The notes beneath the pieces are model-generated. The model did no database searches. It was given only the letters and a program-made list of their open reading frames with translations, and was not told the origin of the DNA. The position numbers and the translations under genes are program-made. A stretch of DNA of 52,198 bases, from the IMG/VR virus record IMGVR_UViG_3300032087_006329, positions 1 to 52,198 of that record. One strand, written 5' to 3'. The DNA is from a virus (Duplodnaviria; Caudoviricetes). Numbering within the stretch: position 1 is the first letter of the stretch; every line of letters begins with the position of its first letter. Below, in pieces: positions 20,059 through 31,035 of the stretch.

Positions 20059-22075
20059 AGCACTTCAAGGGAATGAAGATCTCGTAAAATTTACCGAATC
20101 TCCTGTCCATGGTGAGTTCGTTAAAAATGATGATAGATCTCTAAACTGCAACCTTAAATTCAACTTTTACCTCAACTTTAATAGATCGGTAAAATTAGAA
20201 GCAGACAAAATTACTGTTGAGATCTTGAAATCAGAGTTCAGCGCTGCCGGTGTTCTCGATAACCTGGAAGGCAAAAACGAGATACAATCGTCAATTTTAG
20301 ACTCTGAATTTAAGGCTCTTGAAAGACTAGACCGATATCTTCAAACAAACCTGGTGCAAACTTCTACTGAAGACTTGACAGGACACTTGGAACAATCTTT
20401 CGAACAAGTCACCGATGGTCTTTTTACAGAGAAGGCACTAGGGAGACGCAGCACTTCGGGTTTAGAGAAATTCAATCCTAGTCTCAATGTCGCAAGTCCC
20501 GAAGTAAGCGATTTCTTTGCACAGGTATTAAGCGAAAAAAGAACTTCCATTGAAGCATCAAAAATCTCGCAATTTTCCTCTCGACAATCTGAAATTGAAG
20601 GCTCAAACTTTGTTGAAGATGTTCGGTTGTATCCATTCCCAATTCAGGAAATATGCAAAGAGTTTAGAGATCAATCGATCTCAAAAGACGGTGAATCAGC
20701 AATGCTTGACGCATTGTCCTTTTTGCAGAGCGACGATTTATCCTTAAGAGTCATTCGAAAAATAGAAGATGGCGAAGAGTTCACATCTGTGGAAGCAGAT
20801 CCAAACTCTTCGGCAGCAGCTTATTTGGCAACGATTTACAATTCTGAGCAGACAAGTCAGCCGCTGTACAAACGAAAAGTTCGCAGAAAAAGATCTAGGT
20901 TTTCCGTTCCGATAACATTTGACATAGATAGTTTTTCCTCTTTGCTGTTTTGCAAGATCACAGTTACTAACTCAAGAGGCGTGATTTTGCAAAGGCAAAT
21001 CAAGCCTATTCCCCTCAGACAAATATTTGCAGACTCAACTAGGCCTCTTCTTCAACCAATTCTCAACGCTTCTTTGACAGATTCGATTGAGCTAGAGTAT
21101 CCTTCAATCAACTGTAGTGTTGTTAGGCGTGACGCCTTTAACGAAGAAACAGTTATCATGGTGAAGTATTCCGACGAACCGTTTTCAAAATTTGCAAGAA
21201 TAAAATCTGAGATCAACGAAGTTCACGAGTTGAAAATACCGGCGCGCCGCGGATCCGGAACTGTTAGGATTAGAGCAATCACCGTTCGAGAAAACTCTGA
21301 AACCTCTAGTGTGTTTTCCGAAACTTCCGTATCTCTTTCTCCAGACACCGGATCCCTTAGAGAGAGAAAAACCACCAGGGCACTCCAGGTTAGAACAAGC
21401 TATTCAGGACCTGATTCTGACGGTCTATACAATGTCACGATCAAAACCAGAGTTCCAAATCTTTCTAAGAGCGAGTTTTCTGAAATTTCTGTTAGGAGAC
21501 TTTCGATAGACGATGACACTTCAGATCCTTCGGCTGGGAAGGAGGTTGTTTTCGGAATTCAACCAGGTGCATCAACATCCGATACTGAGGTTCCCGCAGG
21601 AACATACACCTATGTTATTGATGGCCAAACACTTTCAGGTGATTCCGCCGCGGCAGTAGCTATATCGAAAATTCAAATACTAGATGATTCGTATTTTGGT
21701 GAAAGAGGGCAGTCAGGAACTGACGGAACAATTTTGAAAGTTACGGCTTCAGCCGAGAAAGGTAATGACTTCGGAACCACAAAATATTCAACGGTTATAT
21801 CTCAAGACCTCTCTGATGACTTCGATATAATCTTGGATCTGTCCACTTTGGAATTTCAGCTTTTTGATGACTTCGGAGAACAAACGGGCGCTCTGCATAT
21901 TTCCGATGCCTTGAGCGTTGAGTCAACGGAAGAAAAAGACGGAAACCTTAAGTTAAGCGCTACGTTTGCAAATGATGTGATCCAGCAGAATACCATATCT
22001 AGCCATCGCGTCGGTACCGGAAAAGCTTTCAATACAAAGTTCAGGTATCGAACACAGGCAAAGGGGAAAGCATAA
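20051..22075 (+). CDS. Hypothetical protein, probably virion, beta-rich
   Basis: Long ORF. ATG at 20051 overlaps the upstream stop and is preceded by GGTG. Confidence 0.6.
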   Translation: MIRALQGNEDLVKFTESPVHGEFVKNDDRSLNCNLKFNFYLNFNRSVKLEADKITVEILKSEFSAAGVLDNLEGKNEIQSSILDSEFKALERLDRYLQTNLVQTSTEDLTGHLEQSFEQVTDGLFTEKALGRRSTSGLEKFNPSLNVASPEVSDFFAQVLSEKRTSIEASKISQFSSRQSEIEGSNFVEDVRLYPFPIQEICKEFRDQSISKDGESAMLDALSFLQSDDLSLRVIRKIEDGEEFTSVEADPNSSAAAYLATIYNSEQTSQPLYKRKVRRKRSRFSVPITFDIDSFSSLLFCKITVTNSRGVILQRQIKPIPLRQIFADSTRPLLQPILNASLTDSIELEYPSINCSVVRRDAFNEETVIMVKYSDEPFSKFARIKSEINEVHELKIPARRGSGTVRIRAITVRENSETSSVFSETSVSLSPDTGSLRERKTTRALQVRTSYSGPDSDGLYNVTIKTRVPNLSKSEFSEISVRRLSIDDDTSDPSAGKEVVFGIQPGASTSDTEVPAGTYTYVIDGQTLSGDSAAAVAISKIQILDDSYFGERGQSGTDGTILKVTASAEKGNDFGTTKYSTVISQDLSDDFDIILDLSTLEFQLFDDFGEQTGALHISDALSVESTEEKDGNLKLSATFANDVIQQNTISSHRVGTGKAFNTKFRYRTQAKGKA

Positions 22076-22076
22076 A

Positions 22077-22523
22077 ATGGCAATCAAGAGTTCACCGGGC
22101 GAGCCTAAGATTTTGCTTGAAAAATCTTTCGAGCCTCAAAGTTCTTACACTTTTCGTATCGATGACGAAGCTGTTTCTGCTTTAAATGTTCAAGCTAAAG
22201 AAGCACGGCCAACTTTGGGCGGTCTTTCCATAACAAAAAATTCCAGACTGGAAAACGTTATACGCTGGTCGATATCATCGACCAAGAACACTCAGACTTT
22301 CATAATCTTTGCCGAATACTTTGGATTTGCTGCCCCGATTGGTGCAGTTCCATGTGTACAGAATGCCACTAGCTACTCTTTCGTTGACGACGTTTTGTGT
22401 GCATACGTGGGAAAAAAAGTGTACGGCATAGCAACTATCTCGAACAATGGCACCATTACTCTGTTTCCAAACCTATTAACATCAAACAAGGAAACCAATA
22501 TTTCTTTGGAGCAGATAAGATGA
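22077..22523 (+). CDS. Hypothetical protein with an FN3-like pattern
   Basis: NVIRWS...FIIF...SYSFVD...VYGIATI. Confidence 0.5.
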   Translation: MAIKSSPGEPKILLEKSFEPQSSYTFRIDDEAVSALNVQAKEARPTLGGLSITKNSRLENVIRWSISSTKNTQTFIIFAEYFGFAAPIGAVPCVQNATSYSFVDDVLCAYVGKKVYGIATISNNGTITLFPNLLTSNKETNISLEQIR

Positions 22524-22909
22524 GCATCAATTCAAGATCGTTTTCGTTAAGAAGATCTCAGCAAGCGAAGCAAATATCCAGTAGTTCAAGCATCACGCCT
22601 AGAACACAGGAAACCGTCTCAACAGCTTCTAATTCAAGAACCGCGGCCCGAAGATCAGGTTCTAGAGCTACTAGCAACGACGAGCAATCTGTTTCAAGGA
22701 CGTCATCTCCTTCAGGAACACAGGTTTTGAGAACATACGCAAATCCTGATTCAAAGAAACCCGTCAAGAAAAACGGCAGATCAAAAAAAATGTCTCAAGC
22801 CTTCGGAGCTTCTCAAGTCAGAACTTCTAGTGGTCTAACTATTGGAAATGAAGTATCGGATCAAACAATCTCCGTTAAGAAACCGATATACAGGAAGAAA
22901 AAAATATGA
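22520..22909 (+). CDS. Ser/Arg/Lys-rich low-complexity basic protein
   Basis: ATGA overlaps at both ends; GGAG RBS upstream of 22520. Confidence 0.55.
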   Translation: MSINSRSFSLRRSQQAKQISSSSSITPRTQETVSTASNSRTAARRSGSRATSNDEQSVSRTSSPSGTQVLRTYANPDSKKPVKKNGRSKKMSQAFGASQVRTSSGLTIGNEVSDQTISVKKPIYRKKKI

Positions 22910-25900
22910 CATTTCGAAAAGATCAAGCGCAAATCATTGCGGTGTGCGACTTTAAGCCAAATGATGAAGACAAGGTCAACGGAGGAATTGATTTACTGGA
23001 CTACAGGTCGACGATTCGACAATTGATTGTTTCTGCTATTGCTCGTACCGTCTCAGAACTTGAAAGTTCAGGTGACGTACTAAACATTGATGGCGTCAAC
23101 CCGTACATCAACGCTAGAGATGAAGTGCTGAGGATTTTCGGCTCAGAGGTGAATGCAGGATCTGGATCTAGGTTATTTCAAGATGTCAGTGATCTCAACG
23201 AACTAATTGAGGCACTTACGAACATCGAAGAGAGCATGGACTTCATGTCTGCAATTTCCGAAAAGTCTCTAACTTCATTGTCCAGCGCGGTTAACAACAG
23301 AAAAAGTTCTCTACTTCCCGTCGATCCATTTTTACCGTATTACATCAACGTAAGTCCTCTATGCGTAGATTTTCACAATCATGTAGCGAGAGCACTTTCT
23401 GAGTCTGCTGGTTTTTCCTTGGAAAATGTTTCAACGTTTTCTTCCACAAAGGCTTTTGCGCAACTTTTAGATTTGATCGGACAGCTTACAAATGAGGGAA
23501 GCTCCGCACTGCTTGCAAGTTCCCCTTCTTCTTCGCCGACCTCCTTGCGAGAGGCAGATTTGAATCCATGGTCTTTTTCAACCTTGGATCCTTACAATGT
23601 TGCAAGTTCGAAAAATGTATATCGTCTTCCGCACGGCGTGCTTTATGAGGACCGAGGTGTTCTTGGTTTTATCTACCGCGTCGGAGATTTCAAAGACATA
23701 TACGGTCCTCCAGATGAATACGATCCTACTAACTCACTTCTTCCTTTTGGATCCTCTTATTTGGACGAACCTAAGTACGAAGCATTTTCTCGCTATAGAA
23801 TTGGTGGTTCCGGCCTAGGAACAGAAGCACCAACCATGGCAAAAATTATGTTTGCCTTATCAAGAGAACTATCCATCTCTTCTGCTCTGCAGTCGTATCT
23901 GCTAGGTGGTGGAACTTACATTGTTCAGATGCTTGCAGATGAAAACAAGAATCCAAATTCTCAGACCCACACGCCAGGCTTTCCGGTTATCAAAAATAGA
24001 GGCTTAAACCTTCCAGGTGGTGGAATTGGCTGGCTATCTGGTGATTCTCCGTTTGATAGAGCTCTGATCAATACCTTCAGCGCAATAGATTCTGTCGATG
24101 ATACTGACGCCACAAAAAAACCAGGACCATTTTCATTTGTAACCTCGAGAGTGAACATACCTGAGGATCCCGCTAGGTCCGAAAAGATATACGCGCAGTT
24201 TGAAAGCACTAACCCAACAGATTCCGTATCTTCAGCAGAAGGTAATCGTTCGTTGATTCAGGATTTCAAGGGTCAAGACATACCGTTGGCAAGACAAGAA
24301 TCGTTACAAAATGATGAAATTGAAAGCCTCTCTACAATTAGCGCACTTTGCTCAACGGTGAAGACGACGAAGGATGCAATTGGGTCTTATGTTGACTACA
24401 TAGCCAAAATCACATCGACGGACGTCATAGAGCGAGATGTCTCTCTAGACCCAGTTTCTGTTTCCAACATTTTGCTAGGTAATGGAAAAGTTCAAGATGT
24501 CCTAAACAATCTCGGCAGTCTCGACGTTCGATTCGAGGGTCCAGCGTTCGATATACCCAGGTCAGGTCACACGTTCGACAGATTCGATCTTCAACAATCT
24601 TATGACATTCAGGACAGGATTCATACGTGCTTGTTTGCCATCGATGAGCCTAGGTTTCAGTCGGCTCTCGAACAATATTGCTTTAACTACTATGCTAGAA
24701 CAAGGTTGTCGGCCGTTGGACCCGGAAGAAGTTCATGGTTTGATTTTGTGGAAGACAGCATTGAGAGTTCAACTGTTTCGCAGCTTTCCAACTCAATCAA
24801 TGTAGTCGATTTCGATACCTTGCCTTCCAGTCCCTTGTCTACTGGTGCAGGGTTTTCTCCTAAGCTTCCGGGAGTTCTTGCATGGTCATTGCTTCACTTT
24901 GGACCACTTGAAGTTCAGCCAGAACTCGGTGAACCTGACCCAACCATATTCGAGTTTGCGGCTCACGATCTTTATGCATCGTTGGACTATAAGGGGGAAC
25001 AGTTCTCATTCTTTTTGCCTCCTGGCGCAGCCGTCAAGGACATGCTATCGGACGACAGACACAGTCCATTCGAAGCCCTCGCATCTTTTTTTGATAGCCT
25101 CATGAGCAACACCGCATTTCGTTCTTTGGGCTTTGGGTCAGACACAGCATGGTTTAACCCAGTTAGCGTTTCATCAAGAAGGGATGTTGTAGCTATAGGC
25201 GAGGTAGAAGCAACGATGGCGTCTTCTCTAACTGGTAGAGAGTTGTTCTTCTTGTGTTTTCAAGCATTCAGGAGAATGATTGCAGATTCTGAACGCGCGC
25301 CTAGGCTCATTGCCGTTCCTTCGAAGGGTCTCTCAACTTACACGCAAGCCCTTGCAGCTGAACATCCTAATAGCTATACGCCGGGAAGCTACATAGACGC
25401 CCTTCCAGAAGGCGGATTGCTCTCCGCCTTCGAAGACGTTCTACTACCGGGCAACGGTGTATATTTTCAAATAGAGCTTCCTCGACAGTACATTAACGAA
25501 GGAGACAGGTCCGAAGATGCCTCAAATGCTTCAAGCTTCCCAGCAGGAGCCACTCAGTTTGAAAATTTCAGAAGAGAAATGGAGCAAGAAAATAAGGCTA
25601 TGCTAAGGGCTCTTTCAATCGTTGGCGGAATAGTCGATTCAGCAGATGATTCTCTCCAAGAAGCTTTGTCGAAAACACTTCCTCCGGATGACGTTTCAAT
25701 TGTTTCTGAATTTTTGCCACTTGGAGCACCGCAAAACGAATTTGGCAAGGGGCTTTTGGGAGACCTAAGCTCTGAAACTGTTTCGAAAATATTCAAATCT
25801 TCCAAAGCCACTGTTTCGCTAAATGAAACAGCCGGAGATGTATCAACTTCAAAAGCCTACTTGTCGCTCATGAAGTCTGTGGAAGGAGTTGCCGGAGTTG

Positions 25901-27177
25901 AAAATGCTGCCTCGGGAAGACTTGCAGCTCTAAAAAGTTTCTTAGGATCACCATTTATGACGGTATCAAATGACAACAGGTTTGATCCAACAAACGCAAG
26001 AATTTTCTGCGTCGGCTTTCCGTCTGAAATCTTCGATGAGAAACTGCTTCCGACAGTTTCCTCTGACATTACGTCGTTGGAACTTTCAAGAGATCAACAG
26101 AATAGAGATAACACTGTGGTCAGAGTGAATTTCTTCAAATCAGACTCACTGCTTAAGTCCGTCACGTTTGAAGGAATGAGTTTCATTTATGATCCAATGC
26201 TTTTTGTAGCACCGGAAGGTTACTTCAATTATGTAGGTTCTGCGCCAATTGAAGAATCTCTTGATGGGATAAAATTTCATCGATCGATTGTTGACGTCGA
26301 GACCGGTAGGAAGGTAAAGTTTCAAACCTATGAGTTCAATTCTGAGAACGGATTTGTTCCGACCGGAGAGGGAGTTTTTGATCCACCATCTTGCTATCTG
26401 GAAGATCTTTCCCCAGAGGTAGCAAGACAACTGGCTTACACTACGGTCACATCAGACTTACTCAGGATGTACGTCGAAATAGTAAACGGTCTAGAAATTT
26501 CCGAAGATTCGTTTCCAAAAAACGAAGCAGTAAAGGAAGAAATACTAGATCTATCTGTCGACAGTCCCTTGGGAATCAATAGCATTGACTTTAGCAGATA
26601 CATTGACGTCTTTACATCACTAGAAAGCTTCCCTCTCGATTCAGCTACTGCTGCAAACTTGATCGATTCAGAAAGCTCTGGAGAGAGAACAGAAAAAGGG
26701 ATCACAGGCTCTAGGTTGAAAACTATGTTTGACGGATACACGGAAGGCTTTATTGATGATAGCAATTCATCGTCGTTCTCAGTGAGCAGAGCAATACTCA
26801 GCTCGGTTCTGTTTTCGCCAAATTCAGTTCGTCAGAAAATACTTTCTGCATCAAAGCTAGCCGGAATTGGATATTTTGTTGTCGATCCCGATCAGTTTCG
26901 GGTGTTTGAATTTGGAGACTCTAGTCCAGGCAGGGATCCAGACGCTGTTAAGTCAGCTCTAGAAAGCTCGTCTCTCATTGTTTCAGATCCAGAAGTTGGC
27001 GAAGAAAGCACTGACTTTATAGTAAAGTCAGGAAACTCTGAGGACGCAACAGCGTTGCATGAAATCAACGTTACCTTTACTTTTTCCGGATTAAATTCTG
27101 ATCCAGAAAACGTCGTAGGAAACCCAGTATTCAATGGAATACCTGGTGATCCAATTGATTCACTAGGGAGCTCTTGA
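22906..27177 (+). CDS. Large acidic hypothetical protein (1423 aa)
   Basis: Uninterrupted ORF in the structural region; no recognisable family motif. Confidence 0.7.
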   Translation: MTFRKDQAQIIAVCDFKPNDEDKVNGGIDLLDYRSTIRQLIVSAIARTVSELESSGDVLNIDGVNPYINARDEVLRIFGSEVNAGSGSRLFQDVSDLNELIEALTNIEESMDFMSAISEKSLTSLSSAVNNRKSSLLPVDPFLPYYINVSPLCVDFHNHVARALSESAGFSLENVSTFSSTKAFAQLLDLIGQLTNEGSSALLASSPSSSPTSLREADLNPWSFSTLDPYNVASSKNVYRLPHGVLYEDRGVLGFIYRVGDFKDIYGPPDEYDPTNSLLPFGSSYLDEPKYEAFSRYRIGGSGLGTEAPTMAKIMFALSRELSISSALQSYLLGGGTYIVQMLADENKNPNSQTHTPGFPVIKNRGLNLPGGGIGWLSGDSPFDRALINTFSAIDSVDDTDATKKPGPFSFVTSRVNIPEDPARSEKIYAQFESTNPTDSVSSAEGNRSLIQDFKGQDIPLARQESLQNDEIESLSTISALCSTVKTTKDAIGSYVDYIAKITSTDVIERDVSLDPVSVSNILLGNGKVQDVLNNLGSLDVRFEGPAFDIPRSGHTFDRFDLQQSYDIQDRIHTCLFAIDEPRFQSALEQYCFNYYARTRLSAVGPGRSSWFDFVEDSIESSTVSQLSNSINVVDFDTLPSSPLSTGAGFSPKLPGVLAWSLLHFGPLEVQPELGEPDPTIFEFAAHDLYASLDYKGEQFSFFLPPGAAVKDMLSDDRHSPFEALASFFDSLMSNTAFRSLGFGSDTAWFNPVSVSSRRDVVAIGEVEATMASSLTGRELFFLCFQAFRRMIADSERAPRLIAVPSKGLSTYTQALAAEHPNSYTPGSYIDALPEGGLLSAFEDVLLPGNGVYFQIELPRQYINEGDRSEDASNASSFPAGATQFENFRREMEQENKAMLRALSIVGGIVDSADDSLQEALSKTLPPDDVSIVSEFLPLGAPQNEFGKGLLGDLSSETVSKIFKSSKATVSLNETAGDVSTSKAYLSLMKSVEGVAGVENAASGRLAALKSFLGSPFMTVSNDNRFDPTNARIFCVGFPSEIFDEKLLPTVSSDITSLELSRDQQNRDNTVVRVNFFKSDSLLKSVTFEGMSFIYDPMLFVAPEGYFNYVGSAPIEESLDGIKFHRSIVDVETGRKVKFQTYEFNSENGFVPTGEGVFDPPSCYLEDLSPEVARQLAYTTVTSDLLRMYVEIVNGLEISEDSFPKNEAVKEEILDLSVDSPLGINSIDFSRYIDVFTSLESFPLDSATAANLIDSESSGERTEKGITGSRLKTMFDGYTEGFIDDSNSSSFSVSRAILSSVLFSPNSVRQKILSASKLAGIGYFVVDPDQFRVFEFGDSSPGRDPDAVKSALESSSLIVSDPEVGEESTDFIVKSGNSEDATALHEINVTFTFSGLNSDPENVVGNPVFNGIPGDPIDSLGSS

Positions 27178-29012
27178 TGGCCACTCCGCTTGACGATATT
27201 TTCGATAACTTCTTCAACCTTAGCGTTCCTTCACCAACGTTTCTTATCGCAGACGTTCCGGAAGTAAAAGGCTTAAACACCAAATTCGAATATCTGGGTT
27301 ATCAAATCAATGAAGGATCCAGCAATCGATCTGGGGGAACTAGGAAAGTTTCAATATCCTTCATATCAGTTGAAGACACTGTGGACTTTAGAAATACTGC
27401 AGCCGTCGACATTTTAGAAATTCCAGGAAAATCTACTATCGTTGAATACCTGAACTCAGGACAATTTATTGACGAGTCCAGAAGCACGCTTAGTGCATTT
27501 TCAGAAATTCTCGTACAGGATGTTTTCTCAGAGGAAAAATCTGTACAGCTTTTTCAAGAAGCACTTGCGGGAACGAACGTACAGGTAGACGCACTTTCTC
27601 CGACAGAGGGAACTTCGGTCATCAAAAACTTGATTTCTTTGGAAACCCCAGAAGCTTCATTCACCGTTTCAGATGAGGTCGTTTCTTCGCTGATACAGCA
27701 GGGCGCCATTAATGAATCAATTCCAGACAATGACTTAGATGCTTCAACAACCATCGCTGGAATAAGTTCCGGAGTTCAGTTTTTGAATTTTGTTGATAAG
27801 AAAATTTCTGGTGACGTAGTAAGAGCATCCTCGGCAAATCCTCTGACGGCGTTTTCAGATAATTTTTCGTTCTCTCAGTCAACATATGATGGCGAATCAT
27901 CGGAAGCAATTTCAAGCTTTGATGAAAGTGTTTTATCTGACGAAGACTACACTTTTGACTCATTTCCTATCGCCACAAAAGAGTACACCGGACCGGTTCA
28001 AAGCCTTCTTATCGGTGATGCATTAGTCGTTGGATATTTCATAGAAAAACTGTCGGTTTCGGAGGACGGACAGTACACCTTCGAGGACGGATACTACATA
28101 GAGCAGCCTGAAGTTTCTGGACAGGAAATTGTTTTTGAAGACGATCGAGTTTCACTAGGCAGAACATATGCATATTCGATTAGCACTATTGCAATTGCCA
28201 ATGTTCCCAATGTTCAAATTGACGACGATGGAGCAAGAGGTACAAGCTCGTTTATTGTCAAGTCCAGGATTCAGACTAGCGTTATCACCACGGGTTCAGG
28301 ATATCCGGAACCGCCTGTTGACATCGAATATTTCTACGACATTGAATCAGGCAATCTGTCGATTTCATGGAGTCCGTCTCCAGAAAACACAAATGTAGTC
28401 AAGTATCAAATATTTCGACGTCGCTCAACAAGTGAACCTTTCGAACTGATTAGGCAGTATGATTTTGACAACTCGGTCGACCAGTTCGAAGGAACCGAAG
28501 ATGTCGACTATGGTTTAAATGTGAAGCTCGAACGAGAGCTGCTGTTCTACATCGATGAAAACTTTAGATCATCAGATAAGTACATTTATGCCATATGTTC
28601 AATCAATAGCTCCGGGGCTTCCTCGCCCTTCAGTTCACAAACCATGGTTTCTGTTGATGCATCTGTTGGCGATATTAGCGCAGTTCAAGTGTCTCCTGCT
28701 GGAGCTCCTAAGCCGTATCCCAACTTCTACCTTAATTCTGAGCTCACATCACAACTTGGTAAAATCACCGGTGCGAAAAGCGCAACCGTATTCTTCACGC
28801 CGGAAGTCTATAATGCAACAAAAAACATGTTTGATCCTGTAACTGGAGAAATTCTGTCAACAGAAGCAATCACGGTTTTCAGAACAAACGGGCCGCTTCA
28901 GAACAACGGTGAGTATTTACTAGAGATAACTGAACTACAAACTTTGCAAAGCTCTACCGACTCGATAATAGTTAATGCAGGCAGTGAAGCTTTCGAACTA
29001 TTTACTTCATAG
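27177..29012 (+). CDS. Acidic virion protein with FN3-like domains
   Basis: FEDDRVSLGRTYAYSI; PEPPVDI...LSISWSP...KYQIFRR...YIYAICSINSSGASSPFS. GGGAG RBS. Confidence 0.65.
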   Translation: MATPLDDIFDNFFNLSVPSPTFLIADVPEVKGLNTKFEYLGYQINEGSSNRSGGTRKVSISFISVEDTVDFRNTAAVDILEIPGKSTIVEYLNSGQFIDESRSTLSAFSEILVQDVFSEEKSVQLFQEALAGTNVQVDALSPTEGTSVIKNLISLETPEASFTVSDEVVSSLIQQGAINESIPDNDLDASTTIAGISSGVQFLNFVDKKISGDVVRASSANPLTAFSDNFSFSQSTYDGESSEAISSFDESVLSDEDYTFDSFPIATKEYTGPVQSLLIGDALVVGYFIEKLSVSEDGQYTFEDGYYIEQPEVSGQEIVFEDDRVSLGRTYAYSISTIAIANVPNVQIDDDGARGTSSFIVKSRIQTSVITTGSGYPEPPVDIEYFYDIESGNLSISWSPSPENTNVVKYQIFRRRSTSEPFELIRQYDFDNSVDQFEGTEDVDYGLNVKLERELLFYIDENFRSSDKYIYAICSINSSGASSPFSSQTMVSVDASVGDISAVQVSPAGAPKPYPNFYLNSELTSQLGKITGAKSATVFFTPEVYNATKNMFDPVTGEILSTEAITVFRTNGPLQNNGEYLLEITELQTLQSSTDSIIVNAGSEAFELFTS

Positions 29013-29025
29013 CTTCGCGTTGGTA

Positions 29026-29033
29026 ATATTTAT
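29026..29033 (+). promoter_or_regulatory. Putative late promoter ATATTTAT
   Basis: Intergenic, directly before the GAGGA RBS of 29048. Confidence 0.55.
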
Positions 29034-29047
29034 GAGAGGATTGAATC

Positions 29048-29767
29048 ATGGGATTTCTTGACGGCACAACAAACAACATCATTATTGATGCTGTTCTAAC
29101 TGACCTTGGAAGAACTGCTCTATCGAAGAATGACGGCAGCTTTTCAATTACAAGGTATTCATTTGGAGATGATGAAGTTGACTACGGAATTGTCGAGAAA
29201 TTTGGAAGAACGGTAGGAAAGGAAAAGGTCATTAAGAACACGCCCGTTCTCGATGCCAACACTGATTCATCACAGGCACTGAAGAATCGATTAGTTTCTC
29301 TTCCGGATCAAGGCTTATCTCGAGTTCCAATTTTTGAACTAACGGCCGCCCAGGGAGTATTGAACACATCTGGAAACATTCCAGTTTTATCAGTTACCAA
29401 AAACAAGACTGCAGCATTTACTTTGCAGCAGTCAATCATTAATGAAGACAGGGTTCCTTCTAGCTTGATCGATACTGCTTTCATCGTTCAGGCTGACAAT
29501 CGATTTTTGGAGATAAACTCAAGAACGCCTAACTTCGTAACACAGAGAAATGTTGCAAATTACAGAATAGTAAGAACATCTACACAGACTTCAGCGCAGG
29601 GCGGTGCCTTGATTACTTTTAACGTAAGAGCAAAGGCAATCACCGATTCGCAGTTTACGACGTTTGGAAATGTTTCAAACAAGACAATAATCACAACTTT
29701 CTTAAAAGTTCAAGGCGTTCAGTCAGGCGTTCTTCAGACCGTAGAAGTTCAGATTTCAAAAACTTAA
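29048..29767 (+). CDS. Virion (tail/baseplate) structural protein
   Basis: MGFLD...IIDAVLTDLGR..LS...F.IT.YSFGDDEVDY...IKNTPVLDA; structural context. Confidence 0.65.
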   Translation: MGFLDGTTNNIIIDAVLTDLGRTALSKNDGSFSITRYSFGDDEVDYGIVEKFGRTVGKEKVIKNTPVLDANTDSSQALKNRLVSLPDQGLSRVPIFELTAAQGVLNTSGNIPVLSVTKNKTAAFTLQQSIINEDRVPSSLIDTAFIVQADNRFLEINSRTPNFVTQRNVANYRIVRTSTQTSAQGGALITFNVRAKAITDSQFTTFGNVSNKTIITTFLKVQGVQSGVLQTVEVQISKT

Positions 29768-29778
29768 GGAATTCATAA

Positions 29779-31026
29779 ATGGCAACAACAAAAGAGCTAT
29801 CCCCCTCTGACGTCACTACTAGAAGATCAAACCTTCGTCAGCTCGTAGACGTAATTCAGGAAGATGTTTCAGGATCCTCGACGAGAAAGACGTATCAGCA
29901 GTTCATCACGGGTGGCCTGGGTCCCGGCGTTACATCGTCTCTATTCCAAACCGTGTTTGATCAGGACTTTTCCCTTCAGACAGCGAACGCAATCTTCGAC
30001 ATGACTATCGGTCTTCGTTCTGGATCAACGATCGTTGCCAATGCTTCTACCGGCGAGGATTCTGCTGGAAAGATCTTGTTTCCATCAAATTCGGTGATGA
30101 TGAGAGAGAAGATCGATAACTACTCTCAGTTTGCTCAGCTTCTGCTCGGTGATGCAACCAGTCAGTTCTTTGCACCGTTTGCTAGCACTACGGCCGCAGA
30201 CGGAATTGACGAAGCTCTCTTCATTAACTTCAGAAGACTGTTTGCAAGAGATAAGATCGCTCGCGAAACTTTTGCAATGCGCTTCTTCATGACTGGTGTT
30301 CTCGATGGATCTGCAAACGACGCAGCCGTAAATGTTGCAATCGAAAACGGTCTTACTTCTTCAAACCTAAATAGAACCACTACTTCTGGATCTGCAATCT
30401 TTACGGACGTTGGTTCCGCTGCAAATCAAATTCAATCGTATGCTGGCGAAGTTGGAAATATCGTTGACAGCGCAAACACTGCGAGAAAAGTTGGCCTGAT
30501 GTTCTACGATCTGGGAATCGGTGTTTTCGATCTAGACCGAATCGTAATGAGTGATCAGCATATGTCAGGCGTAATCGACGCTGTGACGGATGCTAACGAC
30601 GCATCTTCCGGTGTCGGTAAAATGGTCCTGGGAAGTGCAACAGGTAATCCTTCTGCAACATTTAGTCCGGATTTCCTTGTTTCCGGATCAATTGATAACA
30701 TCGTGAGCCACATCGCAGCAACGAGGTTCTCGAACGGAACAACCACGGCGATGACATTCCAGAACAATACGGAAATCAACTCAACCCTGATCACCTGTAG
30801 AGCCGGAGTCAACGACTTCAACTACTCCTCAAATCCAACGTTCACGGATGCTAACGGACAGATTGTTGTTCTAACTCCAAATACTGAAGAGAAGTCTTTC
30901 TCCTTCATTACGACTGTTGGACTCTACGATGCAAACAATCGGCTGCTTGCCGTTGCAAAGTTAAGTCGTCCGGTTGAGAAGAACGATACGAGGGAGCTAG
31001 CATTCAGGGTTCGCCTCGACTTCTAG
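29779..31026 (+). CDS. Virion protein with a tail-collar/fibre-attachment-like C-terminal domain
   Basis: FNYSSNPTF...FITTVGLYDANNRLLAVAKLSRPVEK...RVRLDF; AAGGA RBS. Confidence 0.65.
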   Translation: MATTKELSPSDVTTRRSNLRQLVDVIQEDVSGSSTRKTYQQFITGGLGPGVTSSLFQTVFDQDFSLQTANAIFDMTIGLRSGSTIVANASTGEDSAGKILFPSNSVMMREKIDNYSQFAQLLLGDATSQFFAPFASTTAADGIDEALFINFRRLFARDKIARETFAMRFFMTGVLDGSANDAAVNVAIENGLTSSNLNRTTTSGSAIFTDVGSAANQIQSYAGEVGNIVDSANTARKVGLMFYDLGIGVFDLDRIVMSDQHMSGVIDAVTDANDASSGVGKMVLGSATGNPSATFSPDFLVSGSIDNIVSHIAATRFSNGTTTAMTFQNNTEINSTLITCRAGVNDFNYSSNPTFTDANGQIVVLTPNTEEKSFSFITTVGLYDANNRLLAVAKLSRPVEKNDTRELAFRVRLDF

Positions 31027-31035
31027 GGGTGACCT

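Noticed and set aside
22906-27177. 1423-aa ORF as the tape measure protein
   Set aside because: Pro/aromatic-rich and acidic, without the Ala/Gly-rich helical periodicity expected; no sheath or tube genes are adjacent.
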